In this document: piece after piece, positions 48,360 to 61,083 of the stretch
Layout of the letters: each line of letters starts with the position of its first letter
Numbering within the stretch: position 1 is the first letter of the stretch
NCBI GenBank assembly: GCA_002269645.1
Contig: NIVC01001071.1
Coordinates: forward strand, 124,001 to 188,000
From: Macrostomum lignano
Lineage: Eukaryota
DNA length: 64,000 bases
Direction of reading: 5' to 3'
Translations under genes and position numbers: made by a program
The notes under the pieces: model-generated
What the model saw: the letters and a program-made list of their open reading frames with translations, nothing else
Databases searched by the model: none
What the model was told of the DNA's origin: nothing

Positions 48360-51300
48360 GCCTGTCTGTCTGTCTGTCGGTCTGTCTGTCTGTCTGTCTT
48401 TCTGTCTGTCCATTTGTCTATTTGCCTGTTTTTGCATTATCCACCCTTAAACTGACGAATAACTTCAAAATCTAATGTGTAGTATCAGAGACAATGAGTA
48501 CACAGCAATTGCAACTGTATGTTTCACAACCTCTCCAACCCAGCAGTCAGCAGAGCCGCCCGTCAGTCCAGGAGATCCGACTGAACGAGCCAGACGAGGA
48601 CGGCCTGACCCCGCTGATGCACGCAGCCGTGAGCAGCTTCGATCTGTTCAGCCTCCTGCTGCAGTCTGGCGCTTCCGTGTCGCAGCTCTCAGCCAGAGAT
48701 GAGTGCGTCTTGCATGTGCTGTTCCGCAATCTCAGCCGAGTGGATCGCATGGTAGACAAAGTCCGCTTAGCTCTGGGCAGCGGGTTAGAAGAGATTATCG
48801 ACCAGCAGGATACGGATGGTAATACGGTGCTCCATCATCTGGTGTCGCATGTTAATAACAATGTCCGGTACATTGACTTCGATTCTGTGCTGGTCATCGC
48901 CAGACTGGGGGATGCGTCTGCTCGGCAGCAGGCCGAGTACCAGAGGGACGTGCTGGACTGCATGAGACTGGTGCTCAGCCACAACTGCAATCCTAGGCTG
49001 GCCAATGATAAGGTGCGTGTGGGCCTGGTTTTTGGGAGATGGGATGCTGGGTGTTTCGGGGAATGGGATTCTGGGTTTTTGCGGGATGGGAATATGGGTT
49101 TTGGGGTATGGGATTCTGGGTTTTGGGGGATGGGAATATGGGTTTTGGGGGGGGGTGAGATTATGGGTTTTGGGGGGATAGGATTCTGGGTTTTGGGGGG
49201 GGGGTGAAATTCTGGAATTTGGGGGATGGGATTCTGGGTTTGGAGAGATGGGATTCTGGGTTTGGAGAGATGGGATTCTGGGTTTGGGGAGATGGGATTC
49301 TGGGTTTGGGGAGATGGGATTCTGGGTTTGGGGAGATGGGATTCTGGGTTTGGGGAGATGGGATTCTAGGTTTGAGAGGTGGGAATCTGGATTTGGGGAG
49401 ATGGGATTCTGGGTTTGGGGAGATGGGATTCTAGGTTTGAGAGGTGGGAATCTGGATTTGGGGAGATGGGATTCTGGGTTTGAGAGGTGGGATTCTGGAT
49501 TTGGGGAGATGGGATTCTGGGTTTGAGAGGTGGGAATCTGGATTTGGGGAGATGGGATTCTGGGTTTGAGAGGTGGGAATCTGGATTTGGGGAGATGGGA
49601 TTCTGGGTTTGAGAGGTGGGAATCTGGATTTGGGGAGATGGGATTCTAGGTTTGAGAGGTGGGAATCTGGATTTGGGGAGATGGGATTCTGGGTTTGAGA
49701 GGTGGGATTCTGGATTTGGGGAAATGGGATTCTGGGTTTGAGAGGTGGGAATCTGGATTTGGGGAGATGGGATTCTGGGTTTGAGAGGTGGGATTCTGGG
49801 TTTGGGGAGATGGGATTCTGGGTTTTGGGGGATGGGATTCTGGGTTTGGGGGGGTGGGATTCTGGGTTTGAGAGGTGGGATTCTGGGTTTGGGGAGATAG
49901 GATTCTGGGTTTGGGGAGATGGGATTCTGGGTTTTTGGTGATGTAATTCTAGTTTCTAGTTTATTCTAGTTTCTAGTTTAGTTTCTAGTTTCTAATTCTA
50001 GTTTAATTTGAATGGGATCTTAGACTCTAAAGGATGGGATTACAGTATTTTTGGTAGTCGGCAAGGAGCTTTTTTAAGTGAAGCCAATTATTAACGCATT
50101 GTTTTGTTCCTCATCAGGGTGACACACCGTTCGGCCAGTTGCTGTCCAGCTTCTATACATTCCTCACTTTCAATGTTGAGCCGAACTTCGCGGACCCGCT
50201 GTCATATCTGTACGTGTTCGACATGTCCGTTCTAGCCCAGTCAATGGACATGCTGCTGGCCGCTGGTTCGTGTCCCAACGAGCCCATACTCAGCGGCCAG
50301 ATGCCAATTAAGGTGCTGCTCAATGGCATATTGAACATCAGTCCGATTCAGTACGAAGAGCTGCGGCCCGGGTTCATGTCCGCTCTCAGGTGCCTGTGCG
50401 AACGGGGGGCCAGGGTTAACTTTCAGATGAAGAATGACCAGGTGAGACTAATGCCTATTGCTTGTTCCTTTTTCACTCCGATCTGCCAATTTGAGGAGGG
50501 AGAGAGAGAGAGAAGAGGATTTTAGGGATTTCGAGAATATAGTAGGTTTCAGGTAATCTTTCAGGCGATCTTGTAATGTCTAGGTTTTTAGGGATCTGGG
50601 AATGTCTAGGATTTTAGGGATCTAAGAGTATCTAGGATTTTTGTTATCTGGGAATGTCTAGGATTTTTGGGATCTAAGAGTATCTAGGATTTTTGTTATC
50701 TGGGAATGTCTAGGATTTTTGGGATCTAAGAGTATCTAGGATTTTTGAGATCTGGGAATGTCTAGGATTTTAGGGATCTAAGAGTATCTAGGATTTTAGG
50801 GATCTAAGAGAATCTAGGATTTTAGGGATCTAAAGAGTATCTAGGATTTTGGGGATCTAAGAGTATCTAGGATTTTAGGGATCTAAGAGTGTCTAGGATT
50901 TTAGGGATCTGGGAATGTCTAGGATTTTTGGGATCTGGGAATGTCTAGGATTTTTGGGATCTGGGAATGTCTAGGATTTTTAGGATCTGGGAATGTCTAG
51001 GATTTTAGGGATCTAAGAGTATCTAGGATTTTGAGGATCTAAGAGTGTCTAGGATTTTAGGGATCTGGGAATGTCTAAGATTTTAGGGATCTGGGAATGT
51101 CTAGGATTTTTGGGATCTGGGAATGTCTAGGATTTTTAGGATCTGGGAATGTCTAGGATTTTAGGGATCTAAGAGTGTCTAGGATTTTAGGGATCTGGGA
51201 ATGTCTAGGATTTTAGGGATCTGGGAATGTCTAAGATTTTAGGGATCTGGGAATGTCTAGGATTTTTGGGATCTGGGAATGTCTAGGATTTTTGGGATCT

Positions 51301-54300
51301 GGGAATGTCTAGGATTTTAGGGATCTGGGAATGTCTAGATCTTTGGGATCTGGGAATGTCTAGGATTTTTAGGATCTGGGAATGTCTAGGATTTTTAGGA
51401 TCTGGGAATGTCTAGGATTTTTAAGATCTGGGAATGTCTAGGATTTTAGGGATCTGGGAATGTCTAGGATTTTTAGGATCTGGGAATGTCTAGGATTTTT
51501 GGGATCTGGGAATGTCTAGGATTTTTAGGATCTGGGAATGTCTAGGATTTTGGGGATCTAAGAGTGTCTAGGATTTTAGGGATCTGGGAATGTCTAGGAT
51601 TTTAGGGATCTAAGAGTATCTAGGATTTTAGGGATCTTGGAATGTCTAGGATTTTAGGGATCTGGGAATGTCTAGGATTTTAGGGATCTGGGAATGTCTA
51701 GGATTTTGGGGATCTAAGAATGTCTAGGATTTTTGGGATCTGGGAATGTCTAGGATTTTTGGGATCTGGGAATGTCTAGGATTTTAGGGATCTGGGAATG
51801 TCTAGGATTTTTGGGGATCTGGGAATGTCTAGGATTTTTGGGATCTGGGAATGTCTAGGATTTTTGGGATCTGGGAATGTCTAGGATTTTTGGGATCTGG
51901 GAATGTCTAGGATTTTTGGGATCTGGGAATGTCTAGGATTTTAGGGATCTGGGAATGTCTAGGATTTTGGGGATCTGGGAATGTCTAAGATTTTTGGTAT
52001 CTGGGAATGTCTAGGATTTTTGGGATCTGGGAATGTCTAGGATTTTTGGGATCTGGGAATGTCTAGGATTTTTGGGTTTCGGGTTCAAAATATGCTAACG
52101 ATGAGATGACTCCCATTGGCATTGCTTCACCATTCTGACAGGGCAACTGCACGTCCCTGGTGGCCGCCTTGGCCGAGAACATTCTGAACATGGGCACCCC
52201 AGTCGGCATCGGGCCCCTGGTTCACAACGACGAGGCCAAACGGCTTAACGTGCAGTTCCTGGATGAAACCCTGCGGCTGCTGCTGTCGCACGGGCTCCGA
52301 TTGAACGAACGGAGCCGACGGACTGGCAGCCTGCCGTTCATGCACGGCGGCCGCGGCCACGCCCTGTCCGAGTTCCTGTCGCTGGCTAGGGTGCGTGCTG
52401 TGTGAATGGGTAACTGCGGATGTGTGAATGGGTAAATAACTTTGGCTGTGTGAATGGGTAACTAACTTCGGCTGTGTGAATGGGTAACTAACTTCGGCTG
52501 TGTGAATGGGTAACTGCGGATGTGTGAATGGGTAACTGCGGCTGTGTGAATGGGTAACTGCGGCTGTGTGAATGGGTAACTGCGGCTGTGTGAATGGGTA
52601 ACTGCGGATGTGTGAATGGGTAACTTCGGCTGTGTGAATGGGTAACTGCGGATGTGTGAATGGGTAACTGCGGATGTGTGAATGGGTAACTTCGGCTGTG
52701 TGAATGGGTAACTAACTTCGGCTGTGTGAATGGGTAACTGCGGATGTGTGAATGGGTAACTGCGGCTGTGTGAATGGGTAACTGCGGATGTGTGAATGGG
52801 TAACAGCGGATGTGTGAATGGGTAACTAACTTCGGCTGTGTGAATGGGTAACTGCGGATGTGTGAATGGGTAACTGCGGCTGTGTGAATGGCTAACTGCG
52901 GCTGTGTGAATGGGTAACTAACTTCGGCTGTGTGAATGGGTAACTTCGGCTGTGTGAATGGGTAACTGCGGATGTGTGAATGGGTAACTATCTTCGGCTG
53001 TGTGAATGGGTAACTTCGGCTGTGTGAATGGGTAACTGCGGATGTGTGAATGGGTAACTGCGGCTGTGTGAATGGGTAACTGCGGATGTGTGAATGGGTA
53101 ACTGCGAATGTGTGAATGGGTAACTAACTTCGGCTGTGTGAATGGGTAACTGCGGATGTGTGAATGGGTAACTGCGGCTGTGTGAATGGCTAACTGCGGC
53201 TGTGTGAATGGATAACTAACTTCGGCTGTGTGAATGGGTAACTTCGGCTGTGTGAATGGGTAACTGCGGATGTGTGAATGGGTAACTAACTTCGGCTGTG
53301 TGAATGGGTAACTTCGGCTGTGTGAATGGGTAACTGCGGATGTGTGAATGGGTAACTGCGGCTGTGTGAATGGGTAACTGCGGATGTGTGAATGGGTAAC
53401 TGCGGCTGTGTGAATGGGTAACTGCGGATGTGTGAATGGGTAACTTCGGCTGTGTGAATGGGTAACTGCGGCTGTGTGAATGGGTAACTGCGGCTGTGTG
53501 AATGGGTAACTTCGGCTGTGTGAATGGGTAACTGCGGATGTGTGAATGGGTAACTGCGGATTTGTGAATGGGTAACTGCGGATGTGTGAATGGGTAACTG
53601 CGGCTGTGTGAATGGGTAACTGCGGATGTGTGAATGGGTAACTAACTTCGGCTGTGTGAATGGGTAACTTCGGCTGTGTGAATGGGTAACTGCGGATGTG
53701 TGAATGGGTAACTGCGGCTGTGTGAATGGGTAACTGCGGATGTGTGAATGGGTAACTGCGGCTGTGTGAATGGGTAACTGCGGATGTGTGAATGGGTAAC
53801 TGCGGCTGTGTGAATGGGTAACTGAGGATGTGTGAATGGGTAACTAACTTCGGCTGTGTGAATAGGTAACTGCGGATGTGTGAATGGGTAAATAACTTTG
53901 GCTGTGTGAATAGGTAACTGCGGATGTGTGAATGGTTAACTGCTGTATGTGTGAATGGGTAACTGCGGATGTGTGAATGGGTAACTGTGGATGTGTGAAT
54001 GGGTAACTGCGGATGTGTGAATGGGTAACTGCGGATGTGTGAATGGGTAACTGCGGCTGTGTGAATGGGTAACTGCGGCTGTGTGAATGGGTAACTAACT
54101 TCGGCTGTGTGAATGGGTAACTGCGGATGTGTGAATGGGTAACTGCGGATGTGTGAATGGGTAACTAACTTCGGCTGTGTGAATGGGTAACTGCGGATGT
54201 GTGAATGGGTAACTGCGAATGTGTGAATGGTTAGCCGGTGTCTGTGTGAATTGGTAACTGTTGTGTGTGTGAGTGGGGAACTGTTGTATGTGTGAATGGT

Positions 54301-55932
54301 TAGCCGATGTATGTGTGAATTGGTAACTTATGTATGTGTGAATGGGTAACTGGTGTATGTGTGAATGGTTAGCCGGTGTCTGTGTGAATTGGTAACTGTT
54401 GTGTGTGTGAGTGGGGAACTGTTGTATGTGTGAATGGTTAGCCGGTGTATGTGTGAATGGGTAACTTATGTATGTGTGAATGGGTAACTGGTGTATGTGT
54501 GGATGGGTAGCCGGTGTCTGTGAATTGTTAACTGGTGTATGTGTGAATGGGTAACTGGTGTATGTGTGAATGGGTAACTGGTGTATGTGTGGATGGGTAG
54601 CCGGTGTCTGTGTGAATTGTTAACTGGTGTATGTGTGGATGGGTAGCCGGTGTCTGTGTGAATTGTTAACTGGTGTATGTGTGAACGGGTAACTGGTGTA
54701 TGTGTGAATGGGTAACTGGTGTATGTCTGAATGGGTAACTGGTGTATGTGTGAATGGGTAACTGGTGTATGTGTGGATGGGTAGCCGGTGTCTGTGTGAA
54801 TTGTTAACTGGTGTATGTGTGAACGGGTAACTGGTGTATGTGTGAATGGGTAACTGGTGTATGTCTGAATGGGTAACTGGTGTATGTGTGAATGGGTAAC
54901 TGGTGTATGTGTGAATGGGTAACTGGTGTATGTGTGGATGGGTAGCCGGTGTCTGTGTGAATTGTTAACTGGTGTATGTGTGAACGGGGAACTGGTGTAT
55001 GTGTGAATGGGTAACTGGTGTATGTGTGAACGGGGAACTGGTGTATGTGTGAATGGGTAACTGGTGTATGTGTGAACGGGGAACTGGTGTATGTGTGAAT
55101 GGGTAACTGGTGTATGTGTGAACGGGGAACTGGTGTATGTGTGAATGGGTAACTGGTGTATGTGTGAACGGGGAACTGGTGTATGTGTGAATGGGTAACT
55201 GGTGTATGTGTGAACGGGGAACTGGGTAACTGGTGTATGTGTGAATGGGTAAGTGGTGGGATGTGTGAATGGGTAACTGGGGATGTGTGAATGGTTAACT
55301 AGGGATTTGGATTGGTATGTAATGCCGGTGGATGGTTATTATAAGCTTGTTTGAACAGTTTTTGTGAATAGAATGACAAGTTTAAATACACACTGTGACA
55401 CAAATGCATTGCCCTCCAGGTGGTTGACGACATCACGGACGTGAGGTACATCAGCAAGTGGGTGCTCACCCTCATCCAGGCCGGCGCTGACCCCAACCTT
55501 GAGCCGTACTCAGCCGAGCCAACCATTGTGCACTCGCAGAGCTCAATTTACCTGCGCAGCTGCAGCACCCAGCCTCTCAATCTGTTCCTGCATCAGTGCA
55601 GAGAGTCTGGCTGCCGGCTGTTGCACGGTCCGCACGCGTGGCGCCTGCTCACCCTGCTGTTCCACTGCACCCAGCAGCCTCTGGCCGACCGGATTGTGTC
55701 CGACTTTGTGGCCAAAATGAAACGGGAGGATCCGCGCTTTCTGAGGCTGAGCGAGATTCAAGCGCTTGGCCAGCGGCCGAGGAGTCTGAGACAGCTGTGC
55801 CGACTGCGGCTGCACCGGCGCCTGATGGAGACTGCTAAAGAGGCTGTGCCCTACCAGCAGGCGGTGCGCTCCCTGCCGCTGCCCTACCAGCTGGTTAACT
55901 ATATGCTGTTCTTCCAGCCCTGGGACGCTTGA
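45844..55932 (+). CDS. Ankyrin-repeat and SOCS-box protein (ASB-like), ~835 aa, 6 exons
   Basis: Exons 45844-46538, 47371-47628, 48544-49012, 50118-50441, 52142-52390, 55420-55932; the phases close (2508 nt). Ankyrin motifs: GYTLLQYAV...AGADIN, APLHTAC, DGLTPLMHAA, DGNTVLHHL, K|GDTPF. C-terminal SOCS box: PRSLRQLCRLRLHRRL...SLPLPYQLVNYMLF. Confidence 0.85.
46697..47250. repeat. Intronic 36-bp minisatellite (gatgtcttagtgacggtgtgtcctttggatgcagga) x ~15
   Basis: Intron 1 of the ASB-like gene. Confidence 0.95.
47645..48412. repeat. (GTCT)n microsatellite, ~770 bp
   Basis: Intron 2 of the ASB-like gene; the SVCL ORFs are artefacts. Confidence 0.97.
49030..49935. repeat. G-rich ~22-44-bp minisatellite (gggagatgggattctgggtttg)
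   Basis: Intron 3 of the ASB-like gene; starts ~20 bp after the donor. Confidence 0.93.
50578..52080. repeat. 26-bp minisatellite (ctaggattttagggatctgggaatgt)
   Basis: Intron 4 of the ASB-like gene. Confidence 0.95.
52398..55295. repeat. 22/23-bp minisatellite (gtgtgaatgggtaactgcggat, then gtgtgaatgggtaactggtgtat)
   Basis: Fills intron 5 of the ASB-like gene; the unit switches near 54230. Confidence 0.96.
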
Positions 55933-55994
55933 GCACCTGGCGCCCAGTTGCTAGGGGCGGCCAATTGGAATTAGCAAAATGGGCTGAATTATCT

Positions 55995-56545
55995 AGATTT
56001 GGGATTTTCATAGATTTAGGTTGGGATTATCTTGATTTGGAATTTTCATAGATTTGGGTTGGGATTATCTTGATTTGGAATTTTTATAGATTTAGGTTGG
56101 GATTATCTTGATTTGGAATTTTCATAGATTTGGGTTGGGATTATCTTGATTTTATGATTTTTTATGGATTTGGTTTGGGATTATCTTGATTTGGGATTTT
56201 CGTGGATTTAGGTTGGGATTATCTTGATTTGGGATTTTCATGGATTCAGGTTGGGATTATCTTGATTTGGGATTTTCATAGATTTGGGTTGGGATTATCT
56301 TGATTTGGGATTTTCATAGATTTGGGTTGGGATTATCTTGATTTGGCATTTTCATGGATTTAGGTTGGGATTATCTTAATTTGGGATTTTCACGGATTTA
56401 GGTTCGGATTATCTTGATATGGGATTTTTATGGATTTAGGTTGGGATTATTTTGATTTGGGATTTTCATGGATTCAGGTTGGGATGATTTTGATTTGGGA
56501 TTTTCATGGACTCAGGTTGGGATTATTTCGATTTTGGATTTTCGT
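55995..56545. repeat. 38-bp minisatellite (gatttaggttgggattatcttgatttgggattttcat-like)
   Basis: Starts ~60 bp after the ASB-like stop codon. Confidence 0.92.
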
Positions 56546-57021
56546 GATTGATATTAGTCAGACTTAGGGATTTATGGATTAATTTTTTTAGTAACTAGAT
56601 ATCGAATAAAAGGTTACGATTAGTCAGTCGCGCCTCATCAGTTCATGTGATGCTTACGATTTCATAATTAACATCAATTAAGATTTCTTAACTTTTCGTA
56701 AACAACAAGCTTGACTTTCTGTGTGCCTGTGTCATCAAATGCTATTGAGTCTGCATTATCTCATGATAAAATCGTATTCCCATCATCATTCACTCTGTTC
56801 TCTCGTGGTAGTTATTATTATTAACTTTTACTTCTGCGACCAAACAGAAGCTCACATTGCAACAATGCTTGGTTAACTTAAATGTAATTTCGATGCTGTC
56901 TGTCGTTAATTTAATTAAATTATTTAATAATCCCCATAAATATATATTTTGAGATAAATGTACTTTGTACAATGTCTAACAGATATAAATATTGAAACAT
57001 TGAATTTCGTTTTTTAATGAG

Positions 57022-58018
57022 AAAGATTCTGTCTAATGTAATGGACAAGATTCTGTCTAATGTGATGGACAAGATTCTGTCTAATGTGATGGACAAGATT
57101 CTGTCTAATGTGATGGACAAGATTCTGTCTAATGTGATGGACAAGATTCTGTCTAATGTGATGGACAGGATTCTGTCTAATGTGATGGACAAGATTCTGT
57201 CTAATGTGATGGACAAGATTCTGTCTAATTTGATGGACAAGATTCCGTCTAATGTGATGGGCAGGATTCTGTCTAAAGTGATGAAGAGGATTCTGTCTAA
57301 TATGATGGACAGGATTCTGTCTAATGTGATGGGCAGGATTCTGTCTAAAGTGATGAAGAGGATTCTGTCTAATATGATGGACAAGATTCTGTCTAATATG
57401 ATGGACAATATTCTGTCTAATATGATGGACAATATTCTGTCTAATGTGATGGAGAAGATTCTGCCTAATTTGATGGACAAGATTGTCTAATATGATGGTC
57501 AGGATTCTGTCTAATGTGATGGAGAGGATTCTGTCTAATATGATGGACAATATTCTGTCTAATGTGATGGAGAAGATTCTGTCTAATATGATGGACAATA
57601 TTCTGTCTAATGTGATGGAGAAGATTCTGTCTAATATGATGGAGAGGATTCTGTCTAATATAATGGACAATATTCTGTCTAATGTGATAGACAAGATTCT
57701 GTCTAATATGATGGAGAAGATTCTGTCTAATATGGTGGAGAAGATTCTGTCTAATATGGTGGAGAAGATTCTGTCTAATATGGTGGAGAATATTCTGTCT
57801 AATATGGTGGAGAAGATTCTGTCTAATATGGTGGAGAAGATTCTGTCGAATATGATGGAGAAGATTCTGTCTAATATGGTGGAGAAGATTCTGTCTAATT
57901 TGATGGACAAGATTCTGTCTAATATGGTGGAGGAGATTCTGTCTAGTATGGTGGAGAAGATTCTGTCTAATATGGTGGAGAAGATTCTGTCTAATATGAT
58001 GGAGAAGATTCTGTCTAA
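57022..58018. repeat. 24-bp minisatellite (gattctgtctaatgtgatggacaa)
   Basis: Lies between the convergent gene ends; the long ORFs here are repeat artefacts. Confidence 0.95.
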
Positions 58019-58152
58019 CTGTAAGTTCAATTGACATGTAGTGAATCTGGTGTTAAATCGATAATATTTTGGACCACGTGGAGTCCCCTGCCGTCCGTGA
58101 CCATTAACCATGTGGGTGCTGCTGTCTGCATATATTGTGTACTCGTAGTAAC

Positions 58153-59941
58153 TTAGCGACCGCGGTACCGTCTTGCACTATTCGAACTTGACGACGTCCC
58201 GTGAGTCCTCGAGCCAGACGAGGACGAGGCCACTGTCGCCGAGTCAGCGGAGTCAATCAGCCGTTCTTGGCAGCAGATCCTGGTCGCGTCGATGGTCTCG
58301 GCCAGGCTGACGGCAGACAGGTCGCCAGCTGATGTCGGGTCGCTGCACATGTCGTCTTGCTGGTCTGCCGACTCTGCTGGCGGCACCCGGTACCAGACCT
58401 GCTGCCGCATCGCTGGCAGGCTGCGGTTCCTGCCTGGCCGCGGCGTCACGAGCGGCGGCGCGTGGGGCTCCGAGGAGAGCAGCGACAGGAAAGATAATTG
58501 TTGCTGTTGATCTTGCTGTTGCTGCTGTGTCTGTTGCTTCTGGGGCGGCATCATTGGAATCCGCAGGTCAATGGTCTCGAACAGGTCAGAACCTGCCGGC
58601 ACGGCGTGGCTGGCAGCGGGCGGCGGCGCTTTTTTCCTTGTCGAAGCCGACGACGGAAAGCCGCCGCCGCCGCGGGAGCCGCCGCGGAGGCCGCCGCCTC
58701 GGTGACGCAGCCGGCCGGAGCGCCAGAGCGCTGGCTGGCCGTTTCGCTCCAGCCGCTGCCTGGCCTCCCACAGCTCCAACTCCGTCCGGCGCTCCCTGTG
58801 CTGCGCTGTCTCAGCCAGCCGGCGCCCCTCCGATGCTGCTAGGCGCGCTTTCTGCACCTCGCGTCGTGCCTCGGCGCGCAAATTTTCTGCAACTTTTTCG
58901 GCCTCTTCAAGGCGGTACTCGACGTCGGCCAGCTTCTTGTCCTTCGCCAGCAGCTGCTGCTGGAGGCTGGCGGCCTGGCGGCTCAGACGGCCGATCTCGT
59001 GGCGCTGCAAACTCTCGGCGGCGCGCATGTCGTCGCGCTCGGCGCGCAGACGCTCGTAATCGTCAAGTAGCTGCCTGCGTGAATCGGGGAGAGGGCATTT
59101 TGTAAGCTCGAAATTTCCTTCTGTCGAAAGGGAATCTTTTTGCAACTTTGAAGCTGAATAACCTCGAAATTTTAGATCGTCCGAAGCTATCTAATCTAAC
59201 ACCAATGTCAGACCCCATCCAACACCAATGTCCCAATGTCACAGTCCATACAACACCAATGCCCCAATGTCACAGTCCATACAACACCAATGCCCCAATG
59301 TCACAGTCCATCCAACACCAATGTCCCAATGTCACAGTCCATACAACACCAATGTCCCAATGTCACAGTCCATACAACACCAATGCCCCAATGTCACAGT
59401 CCATACAACACCAATGCCCCAATGTCACAGTCCATACAACACCAATGCCCCAATGTCACAGTCCATACAACACCAATGCCCCAATGTCACAGTCCATACA
59501 ACACCAATGCCCCAATGTCACAGTCCATACAACACCAATGCCCCAATATCACAGTCCATACAACACCAATGCCCCAATGTCACAGTCCATACAACACCAA
59601 TGCCCCAATGATAGAGTCGTTTTGACATTTCTCATCAAGCAGAGGACGATCCCCCTGCACCGCTCGTCCGTTGGGCCTCCTCACTTGAACAGCTGCAGCA
59701 CGTCGTCTCCTGACGTGAGCATCGCCGCTTTGCATGCCTTCTGCTGTCCAAGCCGCAGACTGTCAGGCAGTTGGAAGCCCAGCTGATGCAGTCGCTGGCT
59801 AATGACGCCAATTAGACACACGGCCAGGTGTTCGGGTGTCTCCGGGCAGGCCTGCAGATCTTGCTCCGGTATTGAGTACAGGGTGGAGCCTGAGTTTGCA
59901 GTGTTGGACGTGCAGGTGGATGGCTGACTTCTGGACTCCAT
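58153..59941 (-). CDS. Coiled-coil protein, possibly SSX2IP/ADIP (afadin- and alpha-actinin-binding)-like, 2 exons
   Basis: Exon 1 at 59941-59685 (AA|gtgagg), exon 2 at 59074-58153 (cacgcag|G); the phases close. ISQRLHQLGF is followed by ~110 aa of heptad-like sequence ending QHRERRTELELWEARQRL, then a low-complexity tail. The family assignment is from recalled similarity only. Confidence 0.7.
59204..59607. repeat. Intronic 31-bp minisatellite (ccaatgtcacagtccatacaacaccaatgcc) x ~13
   Basis: Direct inspection. Confidence 0.95.
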
Positions 59942-60348
59942 GATGGTTGGCAAATAAGCACTAAAACTTGAGTTGGATGTTATGTAAAGCTAAACTTATG
60001 TAAGTGTAGTACTAGTAGCAACATATCTAGAGATGTCTTAATTAAAGTCTATGGACTTTATGTTACGAGCTATTTTTGAAAATATATTCGTAAATGTTGC
60101 CACTTACATGTCAGTAAAGCGCACTTAATAAATGCATTTAAAATGAAATCAAACAAGACATTAAAAATATCTTAATGCGTTCGGATTCTGTTTTATATTT
60201 AGATTATTTTCAAACTCTTTCACAAACGAGTCAAAAAGATTTTCAATACAGTTTGAAAAGTACTTTCTCTATACTAGACTTTTTCAACAGTATCAAACTA
60301 ACTCATGGCTCAGATTAGACTTGAAATTTTGTCGAATCCTGGAAAATA

Positions 60349-61083
60349 TCAGCCAAAGGGCGACAGGCACTCGCACAGGCCGTCTTTCGAGGTGTATATC
60401 TGAGCGGCGTCTCCCAAGGCAATGTGGGCGTAAACTACATCCTCGATGCCGTCTAAGTTATTGGGCTCTCCGCTGGCCCACAGGCTGGCATCAATGCTGA
60501 TGTTGCAGGCCACCCAGCGCCAGCCTCCGTTGGGCTCCGCACTGCCCGGAGTCTGGAAGCCGCCGACCCACATGGCGACGCCGCCAGCCTTCGTGCTGAA
60601 AACTTGTCCGATGGCAGCCAGCTCGGCGCTGTCGATCACGTCCGCCATGATCACCAGACCGCTCTCCGACTCGCACCTCTGTCTCTGCACTGCCCAGGTG
60701 TTAACCGCATTGAACAGCTTGTACTTCACTCCGCAGTGGTCGTCTCCGTAGTCGGACGGACACAGCGCACCCGGCTCGAGTCCCGGCTGCTGCTTCACGA
60801 ACACCCGGCCTCTCCTGGAGCAGCCGCAGTCCCTCACCGACTTGCTGCACTTGTCGAACACGAACAGCTGGCACGGACCGTCAGCCAGGCTGAACGCCTG
60901 ACAGTGCGGCTTCATGGTGCAGAGCAGCGAGCACTCGATGTCCGACCTGGCTCGAGGCTCGTTTCTCGTAAACTCGGGCCGGATGCAGAGAAAGCCAGAC
61001 ATGGCGTGGAACATTTGGCCTGACGACACACCGGGTGAGCTCAACAGCAGCAGCAGAAGCGACGCAGTGATAACAGATGCCAT
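60349..61083 (-). CDS. Secreted PAN/Apple-like + C-type lectin protein, paralogue 1 (intronless)
   Basis: Signal peptide MASVITASLLLLLLSSPGVSSG; PAN-like IECSLLCTMKPHCQAFS...CQLF; CTLD motifs W...QRQRCE, WVGG, WRW, WASGEPNN, CE. Confidence 0.85.
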   Translation of the reverse strand: MASVITASLLLLLLSSPGVSSGQMFHAMSGFLCIRPEFTRNEPRARSDIECSLLCTMKPHCQAFSLADGPCQLFVFDKCSKSVRDCGCSRRGRVFVKQQPGLEPGALCPSDYGDDHCGVKYKLFNAVNTWAVQRQRCESESGLVIMADVIDSAELAAIGQVFSTKAGGVAMWVGGFQTPGSAEPNGGWRWVACNISIDASLWASGEPNNLDGIEDVVYAHIALGDAAQIYTSKDGLCECLSPFG

